From Rhynchopus sp. YZ270_cl-10 (taxonomy: Eukaryota), in contig OZ037842.1 in assembly GCA_964035575.1 (NCBI GenBank), positions 806,001 to 870,000 on the forward strand: 64,000 nucleotides of DNA, given 5' to 3'. Positions 24,592-37,105 of the stretch are shown here, piece after piece; position 1 is the first letter of the stretch; the number at the start of each line of letters is the position of its first letter. The translations under genes were made by a program, and so were the position numbers. The notes beneath the pieces were generated by a model that was not told the DNA's origin, searched no databases, and was given only the letters and a program-made list of their open reading frames with translations.

Positions 24592-25867
24592 GTCCATAAA
24601 CCACCCCCCCCAAAAGGTAACCTGGGGTCCTTATTTTTATTTCATCTGGGTTCTACTGGGACTTTCTCCCCGATTTTTTTTTTAATGAACTCAGAGTTAA
24701 GTTTCTGGGTTCAATAAAAAAAACGACGAGCAAAAAGTCCAATTGGAAATATGATGGATACCCCCCGAGAGCAAAATAAACCAACGGTAAAAATTGGTAC
24801 CCTTGGTTTCCTATAGGTTCCTATAGGAAACCTACATTTTCCCATAATTTCCCACACAACTTACTTGACAACAGGATGAAAACAAATACAAAAATGGCAA
24901 AAGTGAGTAAAACCGTGCAAGGGGCACTGGACTTTGCTAGGGCTCTGGGGGAAACGCAGTTCTCAGGGGAGAAGACTCGCAAGGAGGTTCTTGCCTACGC
25001 GAAGGCACGCAGTTGTTACCGTAGGGGTTTCCGGGAAGACGTGTGGTTCAAAGCTTTATGGAAAGCGAGAGGAATATCCCTCATCCTTCACAGGAAGAAC
25101 ACCACCCGTGGGGGACGCGCGGTCCAACTGTATTTCTGCAGTAACCTGGATGAGTGTGTGGGTGTGCCATCAGAAGGTACGTTTTGCACAAGCCTTCCGC
25201 GTGTTTGGAGGCACGGACAACGACGCCGCTGCCATTCTCCTTGCTGTAAGGGGTAAATACGCGTTGTTCACCCCTCCGTACCTTCTGATGGCACACCCAC
25301 ACACTCATCCAGGTTACTGCAGAAATACAGTTGGACCGCGCGTCCCCCACGGGTGGTGTTCTTCCTGTGAAGGATGAGGGATATTCCTCTCGCTTTCCAT
25401 AAAGCTTTGAACCACACGTCTTCCCGGAAACCCCTACGGTAACAACTGCGTGCCTTCGCGTAGGCAAGAACCTCCTTGCGAGTCTTCTCCCCTGAGAACT
25501 GCGTTTCCCCCAGAGCCCTAGCAAAGTCCAGTGCCCCTTGCACGGTTTTACTCACTTTTGCCATTTTTGTATTTGTTTTCATCCTGTTGTCAAGTAAGTT
25601 GTGTGGGAAATTATGGGAAAATGTAGGTTTCCTATAGGAACCTATAGGAAACCAAGGGTACCAATTTTTACCGTTGGTTTATTTTGCTCTCGGGGGGTAT
25701 CCATCATATTTCCAATTGGACTTTTTGCTCGTCGTTTTTTTTATTGAACCCAGAAACTTAACTCTGAGTTCATTAAAAAAAAAATCGGGGAGAAAGTCCC
25801 AGTAGAACCCAGATGAAATAAAAATAAGGACCCCAGGTTACCTTTTGGGGGGGGGTGGTTTATGGAC
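24592..25867. repeat. 1.28-kb near-perfect palindrome (arms 24592-25181 and 25277-25867, 95-bp spacer)
   Basis: The arms are reverse complements; the only difference I noticed is one base in a C/G run. Mirror ORFs at 24876+ and 25582- share about 102 N-terminal residues. Confidence 0.97.
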
Positions 25868-26580
25868 TGACCCAAATGTTTGTTACGACGCAAAACACCC
25901 TCCCCAGACTTCACGACAATTTAGCAAAAACTTATTTTGATTAGTCCAGGAAACACTAGCGGGGAGGGTGCTTGTGTGCAATGAGCTGGCCTGACGAAGA
26001 GTTACAGAAAATGGGGGGTTTTTTTTTTTATCTATTGAAGGGACAGATGGAGAAGGTCATGAAGGCAAAAGAGAGGGGGAAAAGAGAAAAGTCGGCAAGA
26101 TGATTCTAGGCCTCTTGTGCGTAGTCACCATTTAGTACCTACTACCCGTTGTGTGTGAGAGCACACACTGTGCAAAACAAAACAAAAAAAAAAGCCAAAA
26201 CAAAACAACCTCTTGAAAACCCAATGCATGAAAAATGGAGGAATAGAAACGTTGGACATCTTCTGATTTTTTTTATATTTTTTTATTTGAAAAATTGATG
26301 ACGTGTAGACACCTCGCTTTTTTTCTCGTGTGAACTACACGCATATTTTATGGTCTCTCTGGGTGCCCTGCATCTCTTTGTCTCTTTTTTTCCTTGAACC
26401 TTCGTTGCATTCAGGGTAAAAGGGTGACACAAATTTCCGAAAAACCCCGGTTTTTACACACCCTAAGTCCCTGGTTGCAATAGTAGACGTCACAGGATGA
26501 GCTCCACTATTTTGGAACGAGAGATTTATTTTTTTTTTGAACTGACGATAAAGTGCACCTAATCCTCACGAATGGTAACC

Positions 26581-26724
26581 TAGGGCTTACAAAAAGGGGG
26601 GTAAAACCCGGTCAGCCTGACCGAGTTTTCACCAAGCCTTGACCCCAACTTGGGTTAGAGACCCGGGCGCGCGACCGAGATTTGACCGGGTTTCAGTGAA
26701 ACCCCCCAAAACCTATAAGCCTTA
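26581..26724. mobile_element. Degenerate 144-bp hAT-like MITE
   Basis: Imperfect TIR TAGGGCTTACA / TATAAGCCTTA plus internal inverted GGGGGGT..AAACCCGGTCA; no TSD visible. Confidence 0.5.
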
Positions 26725-27000
26725 CCAACTGAGAAAAAAAAAAAATGTAATAGAAACGCAGTTGCTATGTAGGATTTCAGCCCTCCTCCATGAAGGTGTG
26801 TTGTGAACACCATACATCAGAATTGACAGATACAGCTGTAGCTCTTTCCCCCCCCCTCCCTCCCACCCTTTTTTTGTTTGTTTTTTTTCAGCCCCAACAC
26901 TTTCTATACAACTCATCCCCCCCCCAAAAAAAGACACACAAATCAGAATCAAAGGCTAGGATGCTTCAGAAACGGCACACCGCCCCTTTTTTTGTTGTTC

Positions 27001-27206
27001 TTTTGATAATCTGTTGGTGTTGGTAGTGTAGCTTTCCCAACAGACAGTCTTCACGTTTTTTGTTGTTGTTTTTTTTTTTGGTTTTTCGCATTTCCCTCCC
27101 GCCCCAGAGAACCCCCCAACCCCCAGGAATTTACCGTTTTCCCTTCTGACCCAACCCCCCTCCCCACTGTTGCACCTAACTCCATCTCCTTCCCCCCCAG
27201 TTGCGC

Positions 27207-27237
<31 letters not shown>

Positions 27238-28000
27238 TGCAAACACCCGCCCCCCCCTCCCTTCTTCATCAGTGTGGCAGAGCCCTACAGTTCTCACTGC
27301 TGTTTGTGCTCTGCAAATGTATGTAGGAACGTGGAGAGGACTCTGGCCTGTGGCGTGCTGAAGCCTGCAACCGATCTGAAGGGACTCTAGACAGCCCACC
27401 GTTTGTCTTGGGAAGGGGGGTTGGCGGTCCGTTTGGCAAATTGGCTGCAACTAGTTGCTTTCTCAGTCTGTTGGGGAGGGGAAGTTGGGGAGGGGAAGGG
27501 GGAAAAGAGGTTATAATAAGTTCGCAATAACGGAAAATGAATGCATCGGAGAAAACGGAACAGAAGAGAACACGATGCCACCTGGTAAATACAGAACAAC
27601 CAAAGCAGTGCGAAGGTGCAAAAATTAAAATAGAAGTTGAAAAAAACGTGCAAACTCTGTTTTGCTTTTGTTTTTTTTTGAACCACGACCGCGGGGCAGC
27701 TCCAAAAACAAAACAAAAAATCGTTTGTCACATCATAGTAACATGGTCACAACACCTCACAGAGAGAGGAAAAAATGAAGTGGAATACGAAAAAAAACGC
27801 CACTACGGACACAGGCAAATGATTCACCGAATGGTAGGGAATCTTCGGAATAATCAACAAAAAAAATTGAATGATGAAATCGTTTTTCACATGTACGCCC
27901 ATCTGATAATATAGGACGCACTGAAGAAGAAGAAAAAACGGCACATTTTTTTAGCGAAGACTGCCCTGAGCAGCTGCACTAAACCAACAGATTATCAAAA
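27001..28000. mobile_element. Candidate ~1-kb element bounded by imperfect ~30-bp inverted repeats
   Basis: ttttgataatctgttgg..tagtgtagct at 27001 and cagctgcacta..ccaacagattatcaaaa ending at 28000; related motif at 9172, 12814, 21491 and 59134. Confidence 0.45.
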
Positions 28001-28001
28001 C

Positions 28002-28039
<38 letters not shown>

Positions 28040-28684
28040 ACATGCAAAATGATACAAGCCTCGCTTAGTCACCTAACAGAACCGTTCTAGACACGACACA
28101 AAGCAAATAATCGATGTGAAGTGATTTTGATAAAAACCTAACAAACCTGAACAGAGCAACTCATAGAAGAAAAGAGAGAGGAACAACAGGCGTGCCATTC
28201 ATTGGAATGGCCTCAATACCCCCCAAAAAGAAATGTACAATTTTTCACTGACCAAAACCCCCAGACTTTTTTTTTTTTTTGTAGGAAAAAAAAAATCCTT
28301 CCCATACCCGCCTCCTTGTTTGTTTGTTTGTTTGTGTTTTTTTTTTTTTGCCCACAGACGAAAAGGTAGAAAAGTGTCCGCAGGAGGAAAAAAAAAAGGG
28401 TGAAGTAGCGCGAACGCATCTGGGACGCAGACACTGACACTCCGTGGGTTTATCGAACCCAGAAAACTTCAAGTAAGCATTCCAAAAAAAAGAAAATAAA
28501 AGTTTATAAGATGACCGCAAGCCTCTCGTGCATAGTCACCTTAAAAATCGTCATCTCCCCCCGAAAAGACCCGCAACGTTGCACTCATACCTCTCAATGG
28601 AGAGAACGGCAAGAAGAAAAAAAGTTGGTAGATGACCTAGCCCCTCTCTCTCTCTCTCTCTCTCCCATATTCCCCAGAGAAAAA

Positions 28685-31600
28685 TTATCGCTTCAAGCGT
28701 GAGGAGCGTGCAAAACGGTCATTCGTTTTGCGTGGGCTTTTGCGAGGGCTTTTGCGAGGGGTGCCGTGGCTCGGTGTTGGGCTTAACAGCGGGCTGATGG
28801 ATAGCGGGCTGTTGGAACGCGGACTCCGGCTCCGGGTTCTCTCTTTGACAGCTCCTCCACCAGGAGCTCCTTTACGCCGGTTCACGGGGTATGTGACGCT
28901 ATCACGTGGGCTGCCGAGAGGCGACCTGGCCGCACCACGTGATCGGCAAGGAGTGCCCGTGTGCGCGTCTGACGCTTGAGACGAGTGTCTCGGGCTGCGT
29001 GGCACACCAAACGTCTGCGGCCCCCCCGCCTGCCTTGCAAACGCATTCCCACGTGGACTCCTCAAAGGGCTTGTGAAAGGTTTGTAAAAGAAGTGGATGC
29101 CATACTCATCAAGAGCGTCGCTCCGACCCGCAGTCCGGTTGTGTGCGGTGAATGTGTAGTCGTGTTCCTCCCCCCGCGCAACGCTGTGGTAATAAATGAA
29201 ATAGTTTTCGTGAATATAAAAGAAAAGTTTATAAGATGAATGCAAGCCTCTCGTGCTTAGTCGCCTCATATAATGGTGGCTAAACTGAAGTGATGCAGAG
29301 AAATGGTGGGGAAAAGCCATCGATGAAAGCACAAATACCCTGCGGTCTGTAGATGTAAAAACTCAGTAGATGTAAAAAGGAAACCTAACGACGTGCCCAA
29401 AAAAATGATGATAAGAAGAAGGCCACATACGAGGTGTTCGCCAACTCATTCATCTCGTGGCTGAGCTCCAGCGGTGCACGCAGGTGTGGAGGCGGTGCGA
29501 TGTATCGCTCGCCAAGGCTTTCTCTTTCGCAGAGACTGTTCCCCAGCAGCGGTGAGAAGCCTGAGGTGCGACGGCGCTCTACGGGGCCTGTGGCACGCCT
29601 GGGTTTGCCGCGTGCGCTGTCCTCCTTCTTGTCGCCGGTGTTCTGGAGGAGAGTGGTGGTGGCGGGTGGGCAGGGTACACCGTTGGTTGAGACGGTGCTG
29701 TGCTTCTTCTTGGCAGTACGGTTCACGTCGCTTCGATTGCGCACACGGCTGCTCATTTGGTCGTCCGTCTTGCGCCGCACGAGCTTCGGCTCTGTCACGA
29801 CCCTACGTCCGGAGGGCTCGTTGAAGGTGCTCGCAAAGGCTTCCACCTCAGACGTGCGGGAGCGCGACTCTGTCGACTCCTCGTCCACAGCGTCGTCTGT
29901 GCGTGCGTCTGTCTGCTCAAAGGCACGCATTGAAGAGCCGCTCTGACGCCGCTTCCCCATCCTGCGTGTGGTGTCATTCTTGACACGCTCCGGCACAGTC
30001 CCCCTTGAGGACGACTGCGGCGCCTCAAGGCAGTCGAACGCAGTGTCCATAGTGTGCGTGCTCGTGCACATCCCCTGGCTCGTGCAAAGCCCCTTCACAG
30101 AGCTTAGAGGCGACTCGACAGTGCTGCTTGCAAGCGACGCAGCGCTGTGCGAAAAGGATTTGTTGCTGCGCGGCGTCATCGGCGAGCGACGCTCAGAAGA
30201 GGGCGACACAAGCGCCGTATCTTCGTCGCGCCCAATGCTTGTGCACAAACGCTTCTCACGCTTCGCTAGCAGCAGCTTGGACACCTTCTCGCTTGGCCGC
30301 ATCTGCTTCCGTCGTGCCTCTGCGTCGTCCGTTGCCGCCTTCGTGATCGCAAAGCGCTCTGCACTCTTCTGGATTGCCTTCATGGCATCGGTCTTCGCGT
30401 CGTCCTTCACCTTTGTCGTGTTGATATGCACCTTCCCTTCATAGACCCCAGACGACGCAAGCAGCATAGGGTCGTTTGAGGGTGTCTTGAGTGCGGGTGC
30501 CCAGACACCTCTGAAAGGAGGTGGGGCACTTTCGCCGCTGTCGCGTTGCTTGGAGCTTGAGGGCGACATGAGGGACTTGGCGTCGTCGTGTGATATCTTG
30601 CGGCCAGAGAGCCCTGCCACGCGGGGGACGAGGGAGCGGCGCCGGTCGGGCGAGATGAGATCCTGGTCAGCTGTGGATGCGGAGGCGACGGACTCTGGTC
30701 CGCACTGGTGGTGCACTCTCGGAGAGGGCGGCACTCTGCGTGCGGTGGATGCTGCCGACAGCGAGCGTGACTCTGCGAGTGGACGGCCTGGGGACACTGC
30801 ACGTGGCGAGGCACCTGGCGACATCCCACCTGGCATCGACGAACGCCGGCTCGAGGACAGTTTGTTCGGTGACGACGCTGTGATCTCCACCTGCGGCGGG
30901 CTCATTGCCTTCTCTGGCTTCCCCAACACCAACTCCGGCGCCTTTGTGATACGCGGAGACTCACTCACATTCTGACGGGGTGTCCCCTTGTTTGAAAAGC
31001 GGGGCGACCCCTTGGACCGCTGGCACTGCTCCTTTGGTGTGTCGATGCTTACGGAGCACGGCGACACGGGGCCGAGAGCGGGCGAGGTGCTGCACACCAG
31101 CGGGGACCCTTTGTGCTCCGAGGGTGGCGACGACACGTTGGGTACGGATACGGGTGATGTCACGGTTTGTGCGGGCGGCGTCTCGGTCCCCTTCATGCGT
31201 GGGGAGTGCCGTGGTGATGGCGACTTGACTCCGTCTTCTATGATGGACACACGGTGCTTTTCGCGTACCGGCGACATAGGTGCAACATGGAGTGTACCGT
31301 CACGACCTTCACGCCCTTCACGCGACACATGAGATGGAGATGCAATGGAGGTAGCCATGGGGGTCATCTGCGACGCCGATATGGGAGTCACCACCGACTC
31401 ATGCACCGGAGACATCTTGGCATGCGACGGTGAATGCGACTGCGAATGCGATGGCGACTGCGACGGCGAAGGGCTCGTCAACGATGGCGACGGAGGGACC
31501 TGCACCGTCGGATGCATTGAAGCGTTGACGGGCGTCTCGCGGTCCACCTCCCACTCCTTGTCCAAGGTGCAGAACGACTCGTTCGGTATTGTCTCTACTT

Positions 31601-34466
31601 CCTTCGAGAAGTCGGGCAACGTTTTTGACATCATAGATGGATTGGGGGACCGCATAATGGAGCCGTTCCTTGGCTGCGACAACGACGAGTTGAGAGTCGG
31701 TCGTGGCGAGACCCCACGCACGATGGCAGGATTGCGGAGAAATTGTGGTGCTGGGAAGGCGTCTCGCGTCTCCTTCTTACTGAGAATGGGCGACATCTGT
31801 GACGAAGACAAGGAGCCGTCTCGCGAGTCTTTGAACCGCATGGACTGCCCCGAGCGCTTCAAACTTTGCTCCTTGATGGCACGTGGCACAGCAGGGCCAC
31901 GTGGCTTCTGCGGTGAACACGACGACGAAGAAGAATCGACCTCATCTCCAAACGCAAGGTTCGGCCTCGACAACCCCGGACAAAAGTCCGACCCATCTGA
32001 ATCCACCCACGCCCCTGTTGATACATCCCCCGACCCACGCTTCGTGCCCGACCCCTTCTTCCCCTTCTTGCCCTTCTTAGGCTTCTTCGTCACCGTCGCC
32101 ATCTTCAACGCAGCGGCCGCACGCACAGCAGCACCATGCGGGCTGGTAGGCGAATCCATCTTAGGAGCATCCCCTCTCGCCAAAGAATGCGACACCCGTT
32201 CCGGCGACTGGCTCGGCAAGGTTTTGATGGAGCTGCCCAGAGGAAGGCTTGGCCGCTTCCTGATGGTGGCGGAACGCTTTGCCCTGGTGAGGGTGGGGGC
32301 CGTTTTGACGAAGGTTTTGGAGCGCTTTTTGAGACGCTCTGTGCCGTCGGAGTTGGTGGCAGCGTTCTCGTCTGCGGAGACGTAGGCTTCAAGCGCGTAG
32401 CTGTGACGCTCGAAGTCAACTTCGAGGTGCGCGAGACGCTCGCTGGCGACCTTTCCGTTCTGCTGGAGGTCGAGTACGTGGAGGATGAGCTTGGCGAGGG
32501 CACCCATGCGTTGCAGCTGCAGCTTGGCCTTGCGTTTGCGTCTGTCGATACTGACGACGTTCTCGAGGAGCTCTGCTGCAAGGTTCAGGCAGACTTCAGA
32601 CTTGTTGCATATTCGGTTCAGGGACGACAGGTTGGGTAGCTCGCCTGCTCTGATGACAGCTTCGTCAAGGTCGTTGCGCATCTCGCCTAGGTGCTTCATT
32701 TGTGTGCGACGTTCCTTCTCCTTCTTAAGCATCTTGCGTGTCGACTCTATACGGTCACGCCCCATGACGAGGTCGCCTGGTGTGTGTATGCCCGAGATGA
32801 TGCCTGTGGAGTTCAGGGTTACGACACCTCCATACGAGATGCCCACGAAGGAGAGCTCGCGCTCCATGTAGTAGTCCTCTGGCGGCTCGAAGACAATTGT
32901 GATTGTGCGTTTGTCGCCTGTGGGCATCGGGTCTGCAGAGTACACAGCCACGTCGTCGCAGCTCCGCACAAACCATCCCTTGAAGCGCACCAGGTTCTCG
33001 CGTGCAGCAGGGGAACCGATCTCGACACCGTCGACCACAACGTTCGCGCCCATCTCACGCATCTTCAGACCCATGAAACGTTCGCCACGTGTGTTGCAGG
33101 TCACGGTCTCTTGTTCGGGCTGGGGGATCTCAGGGATGAAGAAGCGGGGTGCGCGGGGGACGGGGTTTGCACCGTCGCCTTCGTCATCTACGATGCTGTC
33201 TGTGCGTGTTGCGGAGGGTGTGGGTGAGGAGGAGGGCATGACGCAGGCCTGCAGGACGTCGAACTGCGTAGGCGGCGCAGTGGGCACGGACCCACGCAGG
33301 CGCTGACAGATGAGCCACACATCATCGGGTTTGCAGAGGGATGCGGAGTCGTCTTTTTCGAAGATCTCCATGCAGATGCCACCGTTCGCCCGGTCGCAGG
33401 CGAAGTACTCATACGCATGCGAGGAGTCGATGATCTCAATCTTCAAATCCGCACCAGCCGTGATGGCTGCCCCCATAACAGCGGCATAGTCGCTGTCAAC
33501 CACATCCGGAGTCAGCCGAATGCTCTTCACAAACTCATGAAGATGCGGCATCCGACTGGCACCACCAATCAGCAACGCCGTCGACACACTCGGCACCTTC
33601 ATCACCATAGCCCGCAGCAACCCCTTCAGCGGCGTCATCACCATGACAGACGCCTCCTCAAGGTCATGCCTGTTTACAGTTGTGTTAAACTCCTTTACCT
33701 GAAAGGTCGTCTCGTTGAGAGAAGAAAGCTCTTTCTTTGCCTTCTCCGCTGCGCTGACGAGAAGAATATCGGGCACCTTACCACTGGCACGCGAGAGGTT
33801 TGAGGACATTGCAAGATCCACTGCGTACCCACCCTCTGCAATCGCCCTGCTCTCCACGAGCTCTACCTTCAGATGGTGCGGCGACACCCCACAATACGTA
33901 CGCACCACGGACACAGAGGTGTAGCTACAACCTGCATCCACCACCAAAAACTCTCTTCGCGCATCGTATGTTCCGAGTACACGTGTACAATGTGCCCAGT
34001 ACACTGCTGCCATGGCAGGGGAAGGCACGATGTTGATTCTTGAAAACCCTGCAGACTGTGCGGCGGATGTCAACCGTTCTCTTTCCAAAGAGGTGAGGGA
34101 GAGTGGGAGTGAAATTGTGGCCCGCGACACTTCGCCCTGGAGGTATGCTACAGAGGCGTTTCGCTGCACATCGAGCAACACTGCTGCTAGTTCATCAACA
34201 CTGAATTGCCTGCTTTCACTGAGGGAGTGGTGGAACATCATCGGCCTGCGCGCTGAGAGGGACCGCGTCAAGTACCGTGCCACGTTGTGATGGCGGGATT
34301 CCAGCTCCTTCACAGCCTCTCGTCCAGTAAGAAGGTGGTCCCCCATCGCCACGATATTAGTGAATCCTGCACCAGGGATTTGCTGCATGCGTCCATTTCT
34401 CCACACATATGCCCGCAAATTTTGTGTCCCAAAATCCAGACCCACCGGCGGGCTTTCCCGGTTCAT
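28685..34466 (-). CDS. Atypical Hsp70-family protein (~1840 aa): divergent NBD, PDZ-like insert and long Ser/Pro-rich tail; two exons (34466-29431, 29183-28685)
   Basis: VGLDFGTQN, VVDAGCSYT, AEKAKKELSS and LIGGASRMP Hsp70 NBD motifs. The intron TC|GTATGT...CCACAG|C joins the 1695-aa ORF in phase to the 28685 ORF (SVARGEEHDY...). Confidence 0.8.
29184..29430 (-). other. GT-AG intron (247 nt), containing a hairpin-family copy at 29231-29267
   Basis: GTATGT donor, CACAG acceptor, phase 2 consistent with both frames. Confidence 0.8.
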
Positions 34467-35452
34467 CCTCACGCCTGGTACTCCACTTTAAACACACCCC
34501 CTTCTCTCTTCAATATTTTTTACTCTACTTTGTTCCTTTCTGTGGGTGGAAATAGGAGAGGGAGGGAGAGGGGGGGGAGAAGGTGAAATGATAGGGGTTT
34601 TTTGTCGTATGGACTTTTTTTTTTGGGTTGTTATTTTTTTTTTTTTAAAGCCCTCCCCCCTCCCATCCCTCCACTCCCGTTTTCACACAAAAAAAAAAAG
34701 AGAAAAAAAATTGGGTAAGGTGACCTATTTAGTCAGAATTTTTTGGGTATTTATCTCATTGCGTGTTGTCACGTTGCAATTTAAAAAAAAAGAAGAGTTT
34801 AGCAGATGAACTTAAGCCTCTCATGCTTAGTCACCTAAAAAAGGCAAGACATCTTTTTTTGTGTGGTTCGAGGGGGGGGGGAGGGAAAGACAGGTGCCAA
34901 AAAATCAAAAAAAAAAAAAAAAAAAAAGAAAGGACCCGGGGGTTAGAGTATAACAAGCGTCGCGGATTGTGTTGACAAGGCACCAATTACCTCACAACAC
35001 AGAGAGCTTAGGCGGGTATGGGGGTGGAGGCAATGTCAAAAAAATTAAACAGTTTTTTTTGGGGGGGGGGCTTTTTTTAAAAAAAAATTAAAACATTGCT
35101 GGCTCTAAGTACCGAGGAGTGCGGTAGATGGAAGGAGAGGGATTTTTTTTTGTTGGCTTTTATTTTATTTTTGTTTTTGTTTGAAAAAAAAAATCCTCAT
35201 CGTGGAATAGTGTAGTTGCCCTCTTCCTCTCACTTTTTTTCTTCTTCTTCCAATCTCTCCACTTTCTTTTTTTTTCGTTTGGAGCATTGTTTTTTTTTAC
35301 TCCCTCCACTTTCACCGCTCCCCTGGCTGTTTTTTTTATTTACTTATTGGGTAGAACAACACCGGCTCCACCCCTCCCTTCTCATAATCTCCCTTTTTTA
35401 TATGGAATAGGGAAGAAAACACACAGAGGCTGACACCCAACCGAGGCACATC

Positions 35453-36085
35453 CTATCTTCCGTACTTCTGGAAGTCCCATTCACAGTTATCAAGCGGGCA
35501 GACCTGTGGAGCGGTTTTTTTTTCAATTGTTTATTTGAAATAATTCGGCTTGAAATACCGGCCTCGGGAGGAAATAATATTTGTTTCATTATGAAAGATT
35601 TTGTGACAGCCTTCTCCCTATAACGTACAGAGTGCTGCAAGAGGTGCAAGGATTTGGCAGTATAGCAGAATGTAGGGAGTATTTCAATATGTGCATCCGA
35701 TAAATTGATAGAATGTAATGAAGAAAACGGAGGTTTATCAAAAGGAAGTCTAAAAGAAAGAAGTTGAAAGTGCAAACGACAAAGAAAAGGAAAGATAAAG
35801 TTGCCATACCCGTCTTGTCTTGAGCCAACGGGATATGCAGTGGAAGTGGAAGGCGTGGTCGCACACACCCCACGCGACGGTGCATTCTTCGGAGGTGGTT
35901 GACATCTGGTTTGCTTGGCACTCGATGCACAGCTCCATGATGTGGTTCCTGCAGATGGCGCAGGTGTCAACAACGATGTCCCATGCCCAGAGGGCCACTG
36001 CGTTCCACTTCTTCACCTCGAAGCGGTTCTTGGGTGCTGCCTTCTTCTCCACCACGGCGCCAGCGGCTTCGCTTGTGTCGGCCAT
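35453..36085 (-). CDS. RBX1: RING-box protein 1 (108 aa), two exons (36085-35810, 35503-35453)
   Basis: [40 protein letters not shown]...[16 protein letters not shown]; after the intron (CGG|GTATGG...CCACAG|) it reads [16 protein letters not shown]. Confidence 0.98.
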
Positions 36086-36195
36086 TTGTGTTGTGTTGTG
36101 TCTAGTCGGGGAATGACAATATTGATTTCAAACACCCCACAGTGTGCGGATATGTGAAAGCAGGTGTGGGTGTTCAGTGAGTCAGCATAGAAGAA

Positions 36196-36565
36196 GAGCC
36201 TGAGCCACCCACCCCCATCAGGAATGTGACCATGTGACAGACAGCATGTCATCAACCGCTGTGTCCAGTGTTCATCAAGGTGTGCTCAGCAGAGTGTGCA
36301 GGCAGGCATGCAGAGAATAAGCCCTCTTGAGGTTGCAATGCGCACATTGCAGGCTCCATGACTGTGATCCAAAGAGACAGCACGCACACCTGCCTGCGCA
36401 CCTTCACGAAGAAGGGCACTGCCACACGGCAGCTCTCCTCTGGAGATGGCAGGGGCGCACAGCTCTGTGAACACTGAGGGACTTTACCCAAAAGACTGCG
36501 TAGGGTGCATGTCTTCTGCGGAGCCTTCTGCAGCCGTCGCCACAACTCTATTTCATCATTGCACG
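36196..36565. repeat. 370-bp direct repeat, copy 1 (copy 2 at 49349-49718)
   Basis: Apparently identical from gagcctgagccaccc to catcattgcacg, offset 13153 bp. Confidence 0.95.
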
Positions 36566-37105
36566 TTTGTGGTGTTGTCAGAACCTTGGAAGCAAAACGG
36601 AATAATCTTTGTTTTTCGTATCCACTTTTCATAATTCGAAACGCTTGAGATTCTAAATGACCGTTGACTCTTCTGTTGATAGCTAGGAATGAAATGGTGC
36701 AACGGACACAAATATCACAAAAAAATAAGAAGTTCAGCAAAAGAGCACTTGAAGGACGAATGAGCTTCGCAGCACACACGTCAGAGAGAAAAAATAAAGA
36801 GAGTTCGGTGAGATGAGCCTCAGACTCTTGTGCTTAGTCATTTGGTGTTCCCGAAACCTGGGAAAGAACATGTCCAAGACGTGTTATCGGTAGCGGGTAC
36901 ACCAAAAGCCAAACGACTTAGAAAACAGAGCCTGCGCAGATAGATGGCAACGCAACTGTTCTAAAAAAATGTATGAGGGAAAAATAAAAGAAAAGTTTGC
37001 AATACGAACAGGCGCACACATAAAAAAATAACAAAACAAAAAAATACACACAAACTACAGCACACAACGTACACACAACGACTGCACACCCGTAAAGAGA
37101 CACGA

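Noticed and set aside
28685..29332. 215-aa ORF as a separate gene
   Set aside because: Its N-terminus is intronic; the rest joins the Hsp70-like ORF in phase as exon 2.
36252..36779. ORFs within the 370-bp repeat (175 and 158 aa)
   Set aside because: Non-ATG starts, different N-termini in the two copies and no recognisable domain.
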